A stretch of DNA of 64,000 bases, from IMG/VR virus record IMGVR_UViG_3300020048_002392, positions 17,838 to 81,837 of that record; one strand, 5' to 3'. Below, one piece after another: positions 41,112-51,285 of this stretch (within the stretch, counting starts at the first letter, position 1; the number at the start of each line of letters is the position of its first letter). The notes under the pieces are model-generated. The model was not told the DNA's origin. It saw only the letters and a program-made list of their open reading frames with translations, and did no database searches. The translations under genes were made by a program, and so were the position numbers. The DNA is from a virus.

Positions 41112-42307
41112 TGACTAGTAATCCAGTTGGTTTTGAAATAACAAATAGCACGGCGGGGTGGAATGGTGCTGACTTTGATGATGTCTTTATTCGCAAGGAT
41201 TGCTTTCTTGAAGGAGGTCTTTGGGGTTGGGGATTTAATCAGCAAGGTATAATGGGTACTAATAATGTCACACCAAGATCTTCTCCAGTGCAAACGATAT
41301 CTGGCGGAACTAATTGGAGAAGTTTTAGCGCAAAAGGTTTATTTACAGCTAGTGCAATTAAGACTGATGGCACGCTTTGGCTCATGGGATATAACACTAA
41401 TGGTTTTATAGGTGATAACACTCGTACAAACAGATCATCACCAGTACAAACGGTATCCGGTGGAACTAATTGGAAGTGTGCGACAGCTGGGACATTTTAC
41501 ACTGCAGCAATAAAGAATGATGGCTCTCTTTGGACTTGGGGAGCTAACGCTGCTGGAGGACTAGGTAATAATAATAGAATCTACAGCTCATCGCCAGTAC
41601 AAACGGTATCCAGTGGAACCAATTGGAAAAGTGTAAGTTCTTATACGAATACTATCGGAATTAAAACCGATGGCACTCTTTGGATTTGGGGATCTAATAC
41701 TGGAGGTACACTAGGTGATAACAGAGCGGTAAACGTATCTTCTCCAGTACAGACATTTTCTGCAGGAACAAACTGGAAACAAGCAACCACTGGATGGTTT
41801 GTGCATGGTGCTGTTAAAACAGATGGCTCGCTTTGGCTGTGGGGTAACGGGAGTGCTACCGGTGGGCCCGGTTTGCTTGGAAACAATCTTAGGTCCAACG
41901 TATCTTCTCCAGTGCAAACAGTATCTAATGTCACTACTTGGAAACAAGTGAGTGCAGGGTGTATTCACATGGCGGCAATTAAAACAGATGGATCATTATG
42001 GTTATGGGGGTCTGGGGCTAGAGGCTTGCTAGGTACGAATGATGTAATTAATAGAAGTTCTCCAGTGCAAACAGTTTCAGCAGGAACAAATTGGCGAGTG
42101 GTAGATATTGCTTATGCTCATGCCGCAGCAATTAAAACTGATGGCACACTTTGGACTTGGGGTTATAATGCTAACTCCGGCAGACTTGGCGATAATACTT
42201 TGATTAATAGATCATCGCCAGTTCAAACGATTAGCGGCGGAACGAGTTGGAGAAGTATACACATTAACTCATCTTCTACTATGGCAACTCGTGAAGACTG
42301 CTGGTAA
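41111..42307 (+). CDS. RCC1-like beta-propeller protein 6
   Basis: Same repeat. The N-terminus is paralogous to protein 4. Confidence 0.9.
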   Translation: MTSNPVGFEITNSTAGWNGADFDDVFIRKDCFLEGGLWGWGFNQQGIMGTNNVTPRSSPVQTISGGTNWRSFSAKGLFTASAIKTDGTLWLMGYNTNGFIGDNTRTNRSSPVQTVSGGTNWKCATAGTFYTAAIKNDGSLWTWGANAAGGLGNNNRIYSSSPVQTVSSGTNWKSVSSYTNTIGIKTDGTLWIWGSNTGGTLGDNRAVNVSSPVQTFSAGTNWKQATTGWFVHGAVKTDGSLWLWGNGSATGGPGLLGNNLRSNVSSPVQTVSNVTTWKQVSAGCIHMAAIKTDGSLWLWGSGARGLLGTNDVINRSSPVQTVSAGTNWRVVDIAYAHAAAIKTDGTLWTWGYNANSGRLGDNTLINRSSPVQTISGGTSWRSIHINSSSTMATREDCW

Positions 42308-42323
42308 TAAATAATGATATTAT

Positions 42324-43109
42324 ATGATGGAGTTAAAATTGAAAAAACAATACTATTTTATATCCGGGCTTCCACGGTCCGGATCAACTCTTCTTTCAGC
42401 AATATTAAAACAGAATCCAGATTTCCATACAGGGATATCTGATAATTTATTATCCCACGTCAGAAGTCAAATTGAATGCGGAAATGCAGTTCCATCAACA
42501 GAATTTGATGAAGAAAAACTAAAAGATATTTTATACGCAACGTTTGATGCATACTACAAGAGTGTAAAAGAACCGATTATATTCAATACGAATAGACTCT
42601 GGACAAATCTGTTGCCAGATCTTAATGCGTTATTTCCATATACAAAAGTATTATGCTGTGTAAGAGATATTAATCGTATCATAGATTCTTTTGAAAGAAT
42701 GCATCAAAAGAACCCATTTAAAATATCAACAGTATATTCTAAAGATGTTGATATAAATGTATATACCAGATCAGCATCGTTGATGTCAGAGGGTGGCGTT
42801 GTCAAACTTCCATACGATTCATTAAAATCTGCATTCACAGGGCAGTTTTCAAATACTATGATGTTGATAGAGTATGATATACTTACAAAGAACCCTGAAG
42901 GTACCATGAAAGCAATATACAATTTCATAGGACAACCTTATTTTCAACACGATTTTAACAATGTTGAAACTTCATATGATGAATATGATATGAATATTAA
43001 ATTAAAAGGTTTACATACTACACAAAAGGTGGTACAATATAAGGAAAAGGCGTTTGTCCTTCCACCCGACGTGTTGAACCAATTCTCTAACTTAGAAGTA
43101 TGGAGATAA
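42324..43109 (+). CDS. Sulfotransferase family protein
   Basis: 5'-PSB loop SGLPRSGSTLL, VRD....DS (3'-PB) and YD.L..NP...M..IY.FIG. Confidence 0.85.
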   Translation: MMELKLKKQYYFISGLPRSGSTLLSAILKQNPDFHTGISDNLLSHVRSQIECGNAVPSTEFDEEKLKDILYATFDAYYKSVKEPIIFNTNRLWTNLLPDLNALFPYTKVLCCVRDINRIIDSFERMHQKNPFKISTVYSKDVDINVYTRSASLMSEGGVVKLPYDSLKSAFTGQFSNTMMLIEYDILTKNPEGTMKAIYNFIGQPYFQHDFNNVETSYDEYDMNIKLKGLHTTQKVVQYKEKAFVLPPDVLNQFSNLEVWR

Positions 43110-43113
43110 GCAA

Positions 43114-43506
43114 ATGAATTTTAGAGAATGCGGTGACTGCACTGCTTGCTGTGATGGGTATATCATTGGCAATTCATTTGGAAATATATTCGGGTACGGT
43201 AAACCTTGCGTATTCTTAGTCCATAAAAAGTGTACAATCTATAATGATAGACCGCAGTGCTGCCATAATTTCCAGTGCGCATGGACTCAGAATTTATTCC
43301 CTGAATGGATGAAACCAAACAAATGCGGAGTCCTTATATCTGTAGAGATAAATAAGACAGATAATATACAGTTCCTAAGAGTAATCGAAATGGTCGAAAC
43401 TGTAGAGTATTCAGTGTACGCTGAGATTGAGAAATTTTGTAATGAGAATAACACATATTATGTAAAGGTGCCGTATGAATCCAATAGTAGAGACCCTCGA
43501 CTATAA
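43114..43506 (+). CDS. YkgJ/CxxCxxCC family Fe-S or Zn protein
   Basis: CGDCTACC...PC.FL....CTIY..RP..C..F.C.W. Confidence 0.8.
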   Translation: MNFRECGDCTACCDGYIIGNSFGNIFGYGKPCVFLVHKKCTIYNDRPQCCHNFQCAWTQNLFPEWMKPNKCGVLISVEINKTDNIQFLRVIEMVETVEYSVYAEIEKFCNENNTYYVKVPYESNSRDPRL

Positions 43507-44179
43507 GATGCATTTTGATGATGTGGAGTCATACATCATCACTCTAAAAGGAAATACAACTTCTGAAAGATTATCACTAAGATGTCAACAGAGCTGTGAA
43601 AAGATAGATCAAAAGCATCATGTATGGGATGCATTCGATGGTACATCTGGTCAGATCATATATCCAGACCATGCAAAGGACCAAGATCATTATCGCTTTC
43701 TAAAGCAGATGAACGATAAACTTACTATCACAGAAGTAGCAACCATTCTTAGTCACTACTCCCTCTGGGCTCACTGTGTAAAGATTGACATTCCTATCGT
43801 TATTCTTGAACACGACGCTATCATGGTAAATAAGTATGCTTGGCACGATGGATGGAACCAGATAAACTATCTTGGCAACTATAGTCAATTAGAAACAGGT
43901 TGGCCGAGCTTTCCTCCGCACTCAGCAGCAACTAAGAACTACAAGTTCATTTGTAGGGCTCACGCATATGCAGTAGATCCTGCAGTGGCAAGACAACTAG
44001 TGGCACATGTAATTCGCTTTGGGTTAGCAGCCCCGGCCGATATGCTTATAAGAGGAGATATATTTCCATTAGTGCAGACTGGGTTCTATGCGTTTGATGC
44101 GCCTGAAGAAACAACAATTACTGGAAGAAGAGATGATTGGCACGTAGATGCAAAAGAGATCTTTTCTACATTTTCATAA
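43475..44179 (+). CDS. Glycosyltransferase family 25-like
   Basis: YIITL...AFDG...E.A..LSH..LW......IVILEHDA...AHAYA. Confidence 0.7.
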   Translation: MNPIVETLDYKMHFDDVESYIITLKGNTTSERLSLRCQQSCEKIDQKHHVWDAFDGTSGQIIYPDHAKDQDHYRFLKQMNDKLTITEVATILSHYSLWAHCVKIDIPIVILEHDAIMVNKYAWHDGWNQINYLGNYSQLETGWPSFPPHSAATKNYKFICRAHAYAVDPAVARQLVAHVIRFGLAAPADMLIRGDIFPLVQTGFYAFDAPEETTITGRRDDWHVDAKEIFSTFS

Positions 44180-44187
44180 GGACATAT

Positions 44188-44739
44188 ATGATGAAGTTAA
44201 ATTTAGGCAGTGGAATAAAAAGGTTTCCAGGGTTTCTTAATATTGATAGCGATCCTGGTTGTAATCCTGATTACGTAATGAGATTAGGTACAGATTTTTT
44301 TCAACTTGGAGATAATACAGTTGATGAAGTCCTTGCTCACCACGTATTTGAACATATTGGCGATGGCTTCTTTGATTTTCTAAAGGAACTATATCGTGTA
44401 TGTGAACACGAAGCAATCATCGATGTTCACGTTCCTCACCCAAGACACGATTTCTTTCTAGGAGATCTTACACACGTTAGGCCGATTACAATTGAAAATA
44501 TGAGGCCACTATCAAAAGCATGGTGTGATACACAGTCATATATTAATAGTAGTTGGAGTGGTCTTGCGAATCAATTAGATGTAGATTTTGAAATAGTAAC
44601 ACACGAATATCTTTTAGATGATACGTTTAAAATAATAATACAAAATGTTGAGAGTAATGAGCAACTCGATTGGATGGCAAGATCCATGAACAACGCTATT
44701 ACAGAAATAAGATTTAAGATGATGGTAATTAAAAAATGA
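44188..44739 (+). CDS. SAM-dependent methyltransferase (type 11-like)
   Basis: KLNLGSG...GFLNID...H.FEH...ELYRV. AAGGA RBS. Confidence 0.8.
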   Translation: MMKLNLGSGIKRFPGFLNIDSDPGCNPDYVMRLGTDFFQLGDNTVDEVLAHHVFEHIGDGFFDFLKELYRVCEHEAIIDVHVPHPRHDFFLGDLTHVRPITIENMRPLSKAWCDTQSYINSSWSGLANQLDVDFEIVTHEYLLDDTFKIIIQNVESNEQLDWMARSMNNAITEIRFKMMVIKK

Positions 44740-46088
44740 TAGAAGATCTAGTTATTTCTTTAGATAAAATGGGTGAGACACCGGCTGCAGTTACATTGCT
44801 GGATGCTCTTTCTAGAAATAGTGTAATGTTTGAACACTTCGATGAGGTGGCAAAGAGTTACTTTAAGATAAAGGAATATGAAAAGGCATATAGAAACGCA
44901 GAGAAAGCATTGGCCATGTATAGCGGCCCAGCTACATTTGAAGTAAAGTACAATACGCTAAACACCGCGAACCATGCTAACTATCCAGAAAGAGCAATGA
45001 CTCTCATAAAACAACTTGAGATCATTAAACCTAACGATATAGATCTTCAGATGGAAAAAGCATTTGCATATTTTCTTCTTAATCAAAAGGATAATGCAGA
45101 AAAGATTCTACGTGAACAGTTAGAAAACCCAAAGAATGACGAAAAGGTAAAGACTAAGATACGATTTAATCTTGGCACGTATGAACTAATGCGCGACGAG
45201 TTTCAATCAGGATTACGTAAGTTTTTATTTGAAGGTCGCAAATTAGAATATTGGAAAAAACCCAGTCTACCATTTACTTTCTGGGAAGGCGATATTCATG
45301 AGGGAAAAACTATCTATGTTAGAGCAGAAGCAGGCATAGGTGACGAATTCATTAATGTAAGATTTATGAAACATCTTAAGGATCGTGGAATGAATCCAAT
45401 ATGGTTTAGCGAACGAAACGATATGGCCAAGATCATTAAAAGAAATGGTTTTGCAGTTGTATCAACAGTAGTAGGTGTTCCAGTAAAAGATGATATCTAT
45501 TGGACTCATTCTATGGATCTTCCTGTATATCTCAATTTGGAATATAAGGATCTTTGGTATGGACCATACATTGAACCAGATAAAACTATATCAAATAAAT
45601 GGAAAGAGTTCTTTAAGGAGTTTGATAATAAACAACTAAACATTGGTATAAGATGGCAAGGCAATCCTGGCTATGACCAAGACCTTCATCGTTCAATTCC
45701 ATTAGCAGATATCATGTCTGCAATACCAAAGAACGCAAACATATTCAGTATTCAACGCGATACAGGATTAGAAGAACTTAAAGAGTTTCCACATGTAGTA
45801 GATCTTTCTTCTCGCCTTACAGATTTTGAAGAGACTCTTGGCATTATTGATAACCTAGATATTCTTATAACGAGCTGCACGTCAGTAGGACACGCTGCTG
45901 CATCAATGGGTAAGAGAGTTATCATCATAACTCCAATATCAGCGTACTATACGTGGTGTCATACTATGAAACAGAGTCCTTGGTACGGTGATAACTTAAC
46001 TCTGCTTAGACAAAAGAAACCAAGAGTATGGGACGAACCAATTAAAGAATTAAAGGAGGTATTAAATGGAGAGTTTGGTAATCAATAA
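44736..46088 (+). CDS. TPR-repeat + GT9-like glycosyltransferase
   Basis: N-terminal TPR helices, then AEAGIGD, IGIRWQGNP...HRSIPL and LDILITSCTSVGHAAASMG. Confidence 0.75.
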   Translation: MIEDLVISLDKMGETPAAVTLLDALSRNSVMFEHFDEVAKSYFKIKEYEKAYRNAEKALAMYSGPATFEVKYNTLNTANHANYPERAMTLIKQLEIIKPNDIDLQMEKAFAYFLLNQKDNAEKILREQLENPKNDEKVKTKIRFNLGTYELMRDEFQSGLRKFLFEGRKLEYWKKPSLPFTFWEGDIHEGKTIYVRAEAGIGDEFINVRFMKHLKDRGMNPIWFSERNDMAKIIKRNGFAVVSTVVGVPVKDDIYWTHSMDLPVYLNLEYKDLWYGPYIEPDKTISNKWKEFFKEFDNKQLNIGIRWQGNPGYDQDLHRSIPLADIMSAIPKNANIFSIQRDTGLEELKEFPHVVDLSSRLTDFEETLGIIDNLDILITSCTSVGHAAASMGKRVIIITPISAYYTWCHTMKQSPWYGDNLTLLRQKKPRVWDEPIKELKEVLNGEFGNQ

Positions 46089-46680
46089 TTTTTTACCATA
46101 TCCAAACGTAGTAAGATCTTGGGCTTTATCGAACGAGTTTGTTGATGCAAAAGAATTTTCAAAACGTATTGGTTCATATACATCATGGCCAGGATTAAGA
46201 TCTCAACACGTCATGGAACTTGATAACGAATACGCAAACGTTATTCTTTCTCAGATATTAGACATATCTAAAAAATTCTTTATAAGTAGTAATCATTCGA
46301 ATATCAGCATACGCAGTTTCTTTCAGGTGTGTAGAGAAGAAGATGGTGACTCTTGGATACATCAAGACAACGACGTTGATGTAGCTGGAATACTATATCT
46401 ATCTCCTAATGCTCCAATATCTAGTGGCACAACTCTTTATAAGTGTAATGATTATAACGCTTGGTCGTCGACTCCAATAGATAAAATGATGCAGATTAAT
46501 AGAGTTGAGCAAAAGGAACTATACAATAAACTTTTTAGTCCAGTCGATATAATCGGAAACGTGTATAATAGATTGGTAATGTACAAGGGTGATATATTCC
46601 ATAAATCAAATGATTACTTTGGATCCACCATGACAGATTCTAGACTGACACAAGTGTTCTTTATAAAAGTTGAAAAATGA
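46066..46680 (+). CDS. Fe(II)/2OG oxygenase (DUF6445-like)
   Basis: I.NFL..P..VR, WPG.R, WIHQD, AGILYL.P.AP..SGT, N.YNRLV.Y....FH and RLTQVFF. Confidence 0.75.
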   Translation: MESLVINNFLPYPNVVRSWALSNEFVDAKEFSKRIGSYTSWPGLRSQHVMELDNEYANVILSQILDISKKFFISSNHSNISIRSFFQVCREEDGDSWIHQDNDVDVAGILYLSPNAPISSGTTLYKCNDYNAWSSTPIDKMMQINRVEQKELYNKLFSPVDIIGNVYNRLVMYKGDIFHKSNDYFGSTMTDSRLTQVFFIKVEK

Positions 46681-47387
46681 ATATATTAGAAACTCTTATG
46701 TATAGTTATTCAGATGACGTAAATAACGCATATATCATAACTATAGATGGAAATAAAAATTCTGAAGAGTTATTTCAGCGTTGTATAGAATCTTGTAATA
46801 GCGTAGGACAAAAGTATGAAAGATGGAATGCTTTTGATGGTACAAGTGGTAAAGAGATAAAGATCCCCAATAATCTTAAGGATCAAGCATGGCTTAAGCT
46901 ACTCAAGTTTACTTCATATAAGATGACTATCTCTGAGATCGCGTGTGCTTTGTCTCATATATCATTATGGGTACACTGTATAGAAATAGACGAGCCTATT
47001 GTGATTTTAGAACATGATGCGATACTGATAAATAGTTATAGAAAGCACGCATTTAGAAATAGCATATGCTGGCTAGGAAATCTTAATGGGGCATCACAAT
47101 ACAATGATGGCGCCTTTCCGATAGCATCCCCGCCAATGCCAGGAGAGACTAAGAATACAATACATATTGATACTTGTCAAGCGTATGCAATAGATCCACT
47201 CTCAGCAAATCAGTTGTTGGTTTCAGTATTGGATAGAGGAATATATGCACCCGTTGATATAATGATGAAGTCAAACAAGTTCTGTATCACACAGACTGGT
47301 TTGTTTAATATAAGTAAGAATGAGATCTCTACGATCGACAGACACAATGGATTTTTTGAATATTACGGAGTAGATTCGAGGCAATGA
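46677..47387 (+). CDS. Glycosyltransferase family 25-like (paralogue of 43475..44179)
   Basis: AFDGTSG, EIACALSHISLW, IVILEHDA and AYAIDP. Confidence 0.7.
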   Translation: MNILETLMYSYSDDVNNAYIITIDGNKNSEELFQRCIESCNSVGQKYERWNAFDGTSGKEIKIPNNLKDQAWLKLLKFTSYKMTISEIACALSHISLWVHCIEIDEPIVILEHDAILINSYRKHAFRNSICWLGNLNGASQYNDGAFPIASPPMPGETKNTIHIDTCQAYAIDPLSANQLLVSVLDRGIYAPVDIMMKSNKFCITQTGLFNISKNEISTIDRHNGFFEYYGVDSRQ

Positions 47388-48295
47388 ATACAACATTTAT
47401 AATTGACGGCGGTGCTGGAAGACTTATTACAGCAATACCTGCTCTAGAAAAATATGCAATCAGTAACCCAAACGATGATTTTAGAATACTTACAGCCGCG
47501 TGGGAATCTCTTTACTGGGCGCACCCAGTTCTTCAAAACAGAGCATACAACATTAATCAAAAGGGTGTGTTTGATCTTCATATGAAGGATCGTAGGGTAG
47601 TTCATCCAGAACCATATCAAGCGCATGGATACTACAATCAAAAGAAGCATCTGATTGAATGTTTTGACCAGATTATTAATAATACAAACGATCACTCTGA
47701 TTTAGATAAGCCTAATCTATATATAACTACACAAGAAAATTTAGCAGCGCAATCACTTATTGCTGATGCAAAACAAAAGAAGGTAAAAAGAAAGACTGTC
47801 GTATTCCAGCCGTATGGAAGTGGAATGAAGATGTCTGACGGACGCCCATTTGATGATAGTTATAGAAGTCTTGATGTTGACTTTGCTTTACAGATGATAT
47901 ATAATCTTTCAAAGGATCATACTGTTATATTCTTTGGTGATAAAGATCTTTATCATCCTGGAGACTCATACTCAGTACAATTCTTTGATAAGGGAGCAGA
48001 TCTAAGAATGTATATGAGTCTTATCGCCAACTGTGATTACTTTATTGGAGTTGATAGCGTAGGTCAGCATATAGCTCGAGCTTTTAACAAGAAGGGAACG
48101 ATTATCCTAGGATCTACGTTTGAAGAAAACATTTCATATAAGGATCATTTTAATATATATAGAAACGGTTATAAGCCAACGTATGTACCGATTCGTTTAT
48201 CCAATATAGACTGCGAATTTGCGAATCAACTTAATTATAATACTATGAATTTTAACGAAGAAGATATTCAAAGGATATTAGAGACAATAAAATGA
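47384..48295 (+). CDS. GT9-like (heptosyltransferase-like) glycosyltransferase
   Basis: IDGGAGR, VVFQP.G and LIANCDYFIGVDSVGQH.A.A. Confidence 0.7.
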   Translation: MNTTFIIDGGAGRLITAIPALEKYAISNPNDDFRILTAAWESLYWAHPVLQNRAYNINQKGVFDLHMKDRRVVHPEPYQAHGYYNQKKHLIECFDQIINNTNDHSDLDKPNLYITTQENLAAQSLIADAKQKKVKRKTVVFQPYGSGMKMSDGRPFDDSYRSLDVDFALQMIYNLSKDHTVIFFGDKDLYHPGDSYSVQFFDKGADLRMYMSLIANCDYFIGVDSVGQHIARAFNKKGTIILGSTFEENISYKDHFNIYRNGYKPTYVPIRLSNIDCEFANQLNYNTMNFNEEDIQRILETIK

Positions 48296-48819
48296 CTAGC
48301 AAAAATTATAAAGTAAATAGAAGTCTTTTAAACTATATACATGCTAGAGATTTCTTTCCACCAGAAGATGCTGAAAACTATAGACTAGCAGTAAAAGATC
48401 TAATACATTATGATCCAATTCCGTATGGCCGCGAGATACCAGAGTTTAATTTAATCTTCCCAGATCTCGATATGTTATTCGGTGGAATGCTTGGCGACTT
48501 TATTAAAGTTGACGAAGATAGATCTGGGACATTCAGAAGGCCATATGACAATCTAATTCATTTCGAAGACTTTGAAGATACGAACGAATGGAGATTAGCA
48601 GTAGCGCTTGAGGATAATACATTTAAGGTATACACTCATAAATCTGGAATAAAGAATGCATTAGGAGGATACGAATTCGACTATCATAATCAAGATGATT
48701 GGGAAATAGAATCGGTGATGAAGATCAAACAGAATGATGCTATCTTTTATAGACCATGGGTATTTCATTCTTTTGAAGAAAAACTGATATTAAACTATGT
48801 GTTAAAGGGCGAGAGTTAA
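48292..48819 (+). CDS. Divergent DUF6445-like/2OG oxygenase-fold protein
   Basis: IHFED...N.A.FYRPW.FHS. Confidence 0.5.
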   Translation: MTSKNYKVNRSLLNYIHARDFFPPEDAENYRLAVKDLIHYDPIPYGREIPEFNLIFPDLDMLFGGMLGDFIKVDEDRSGTFRRPYDNLIHFEDFEDTNEWRLAVALEDNTFKVYTHKSGIKNALGGYEFDYHNQDDWEIESVMKIKQNDAIFYRPWVFHSFEEKLILNYVLKGES

Positions 48820-48823
48820 AAAG

Positions 48824-49543
48824 TTGTTAATACCTAAAGTAGTTCATGCTACATGGAAGACTAAAGATGTTATTCATGATGACTCTGTATTCTTTAAAAA
48901 CTGCTTAGGTAATATAGCAACTCTTTCACCTAGTTGGGATATACAGATCAGCGACGATAATGATGTAGAAGAATATCTAAAACAAAATTTAAGCAACGAT
49001 GATTACATATTGCTTTCAGATAGATCAATAATAGAAAAGATAGACGTGTGGAGGTTAATAAAAGTATATAACGAAGGTGGTTTGTATGTAGATATAGATA
49101 GATTATTTAATCTATCACTTGATGATATAATAAATGAAAACACTATGTTAGTTCTTCCTACGTGTGCAGACCACGACTTTTCTCACGATTTTATGATGAG
49201 CGCCCCAGGGAATCCAATATTTTTAGAAACTCTTAAATTAAACTTGCAAAGAAGATACAACGGTGCACATGATATATATTTTCTAGGACCACAGACATAT
49301 ATGCATGGAATTATGAAAGCAATGTATGGAAAAGAAATTCATATAAATTCTGGATCTAAAGAGTTTGAAGAAATACGGGATATGTTAGATAAAGTTGATT
49401 TTATAGAAACATACAGAGAAATTCCTCTTTTAGATTCTATTACTTATAGGCCAGAATTAAAGCAGATAGAGTTCGATTACGACACAGAAAAGAAAAGTTT
49501 TTATCAACAGTACAATACCAAACATTGGACTAACGTTTGGTGA
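48824..49543 (+). CDS. Glycosyltransferase family 32 (DXD, Och1-like)
   Basis: IPKVVH.TW, DVWRL..VY.EGGLY.DID and GP. Confidence 0.85.
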   Translation: MLIPKVVHATWKTKDVIHDDSVFFKNCLGNIATLSPSWDIQISDDNDVEEYLKQNLSNDDYILLSDRSIIEKIDVWRLIKVYNEGGLYVDIDRLFNLSLDDIINENTMLVLPTCADHDFSHDFMMSAPGNPIFLETLKLNLQRRYNGAHDIYFLGPQTYMHGIMKAMYGKEIHINSGSKEFEEIRDMLDKVDFIETYREIPLLDSITYRPELKQIEFDYDTEKKSFYQQYNTKHWTNVW

Positions 49544-49554
49544 AAGGATATAAT

Positions 49555-50166
49555 ATGACGTATAGATTTACAATTAACTTCCATGGTGATGATAGGACAG
49601 CTAGTAATATGTCCATGATATTTAATAACTTTGGATGCCCAAGCACGATTATAGAAGTAGGCGTATATGAAGGATACACAACATTCTGGATGTCTGACGT
49701 ATTAGCAGGACATAACTCAGATCTTAAGATATATGCCGTAGATCCACACATAGGAAGTAATGATCTAGACGGCGTTGACTTTAACAAGATAAAAGAAAAC
49801 TTCTGTTATAATCTTGAAGCAAATACAAATAAAAATGTTGAGTATGTTTGTAAGTATAGCTCTGATGGTTTAACTGATTTAATTAAGAGCGGAGTAAAGG
49901 CAGATTTTATTTACATTGATGGCGATCACAGAGCTGGCGAAGTATTAACAGATTTAGTAATGTCATGGAAACTTCTTAACGTTGGTGGTGTCATTATGTG
50001 TGATGATTCTACTGCTTGGAGATTTATAGATAAGAATGGCGCGTGTTCACCTCATATGAGTCCTAGAATGGCTATTGAAATGTTTATAAGTTGTTATTGG
50101 GATAGACTTACACCAATAAATTTACCAATTGGAACACAAACTGCGTTTATGAAGATAAAGGAATAA
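49555..50166 (+). CDS. SAM-dependent methyltransferase (Methyltransf_24-like)
   Basis: IEVGVYEG.T, DFIYIDGDH and L..GG.I..DD. Confidence 0.85.
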   Translation: MTYRFTINFHGDDRTASNMSMIFNNFGCPSTIIEVGVYEGYTTFWMSDVLAGHNSDLKIYAVDPHIGSNDLDGVDFNKIKENFCYNLEANTNKNVEYVCKYSSDGLTDLIKSGVKADFIYIDGDHRAGEVLTDLVMSWKLLNVGGVIMCDDSTAWRFIDKNGACSPHMSPRMAIEMFISCYWDRLTPINLPIGTQTAFMKIKE

Positions 50167-50168
50167 GA

Positions 50169-50570
50169 ATGACGAAAGTATTTGTGAATGGGACCTTTGA
50201 TGTTCTTCACCCAGGCCATATAGCTATGCTCACTTATGCAAGTAATTCTGGAGATGAATTACTTGTTGCTATCGATTCGGATAGAAGAGTAAAGGAAAAG
50301 AAGGGTGACGATCGTCCTATAAATAATGAAGATACACGAGCTAAGATAATCTTTCATATTAAAGGCGTCGATAGAGTCGTAATATTCGACACGGATGAAG
50401 ATCTTCGATCCGCAGTAAAAGAATATGAACCAGACATTATGATAGTAGGTTCTGATTATGAGAATAAAGAAGTGATAGGAAGTGAATATGCAAGAGAACT
50501 TAAATTCTTTAAAAGAGACGAAAGATACTCTTCAACAAAGATCATTAAAAATATTATTAATAGGAGATAG
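50169..50570 (+). CDS. D-beta-D-heptose 1-phosphate adenylyltransferase-like (RfaE domain II/HldC)
   Basis: NGTFDVLHPGH, DSD.RV...KG..RP.N, GSDY and YSSTKII. Confidence 0.85.
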   Translation: MTKVFVNGTFDVLHPGHIAMLTYASNSGDELLVAIDSDRRVKEKKGDDRPINNEDTRAKIIFHIKGVDRVVIFDTDEDLRSAVKEYEPDIMIVGSDYENKEVIGSEYARELKFFKRDERYSSTKIIKNIINRR

Positions 50571-51285
50571 TTGCTATGACTACTATCACTATGGAGAAGT
50601 AAATCGCATTAGTCCTGAAGCACCAATTCCAATCTTTGATCATAAACGCACAGAAAAGAAATATGGAATGGCTGCAAACGTATTAGAGAATCTTCGTGCA
50701 TTAGACGCGGAAGTTCATTTTCATACACAGTTTAAAGAGAACAAAAACAGATACATCGATCTCAAGTCAAAACAACAGATACTTCGTGTAGATGAAAAAA
50801 TAAAGCCAGAAGGTTTTGAACATATCATATACGATTTAATACACTATGAGTACTATGACGCTATCGTAATATCAGATTATGGTAAAGGGTTCTTTCGTAG
50901 ATCTGACTATGAGATCCTTAGAGAAAAGTTTGAAGGACCTATCTTTATTGATACGAAGGATCCTTCGCTTGATTTTTACGAAGGCGCAATCGTTAAAATA
51001 AATCAGTATGAACACGATAAGTCAGATCTAGGAATATATGTAAAAGATTTAATCGTCACATATGGTGGCGACATGGTAACATGGCGAGATAGAACTTTTC
51101 ATCCGCCTAGAGTAGTTGCTCATGACGTATGTGGAGCTGGAGACACGTTCCTAGCAGCGCTTGCAGTTAGATACACGGAAACAAACGATATGCCTACTGC
51201 TATTGATTTTGCTATGAAAGCTGCAGCAGTCACAGTAAAACACATCGGCGTATATGCACCAACGAGAGAAGAGATAGAAGAATGA
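50488..51285 (+). CDS. PfkB-family heptose-7-phosphate kinase-like (RfaE domain I/HldA)
   Basis: ILLIGD...G.V.RISPEAP.P, GMAANV, ISDYGKG and DVCGAGDTFLA. Confidence 0.88.
   Translation: MQENLNSLKETKDTLQQRSLKILLIGDSCYDYYHYGEVNRISPEAPIPIFDHKRTEKKYGMAANVLENLRALDAEVHFHTQFKENKNRYIDLKSKQQILRVDEKIKPEGFEHIIYDLIHYEYYDAIVISDYGKGFFRRSDYEILREKFEGPIFIDTKDPSLDFYEGAIVKINQYEHDKSDLGIYVKDLIVTYGGDMVTWRDRTFHPPRVVAHDVCGAGDTFLAALAVRYTETNDMPTAIDFAMKAAAVTVKHIGVYAPTREEIEE

Noticed and set aside
34343-42307. Regularly spaced ~156-bp repeats as a CRISPR array or DGR template/variable repeats
   Set aside because: The repeats are in-frame coding blades with synonymous variation. No cas or reverse transcriptase gene is in the window, and I saw no adenine-specific mismatch pattern.
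50482-50570. Programmed frameshift fusing adenylyltransferase and kinase
   Set aside because: The ~80-bp overlap has usable start codons (GTG 50482, ATG 50488) and no convincing slippery heptamer.
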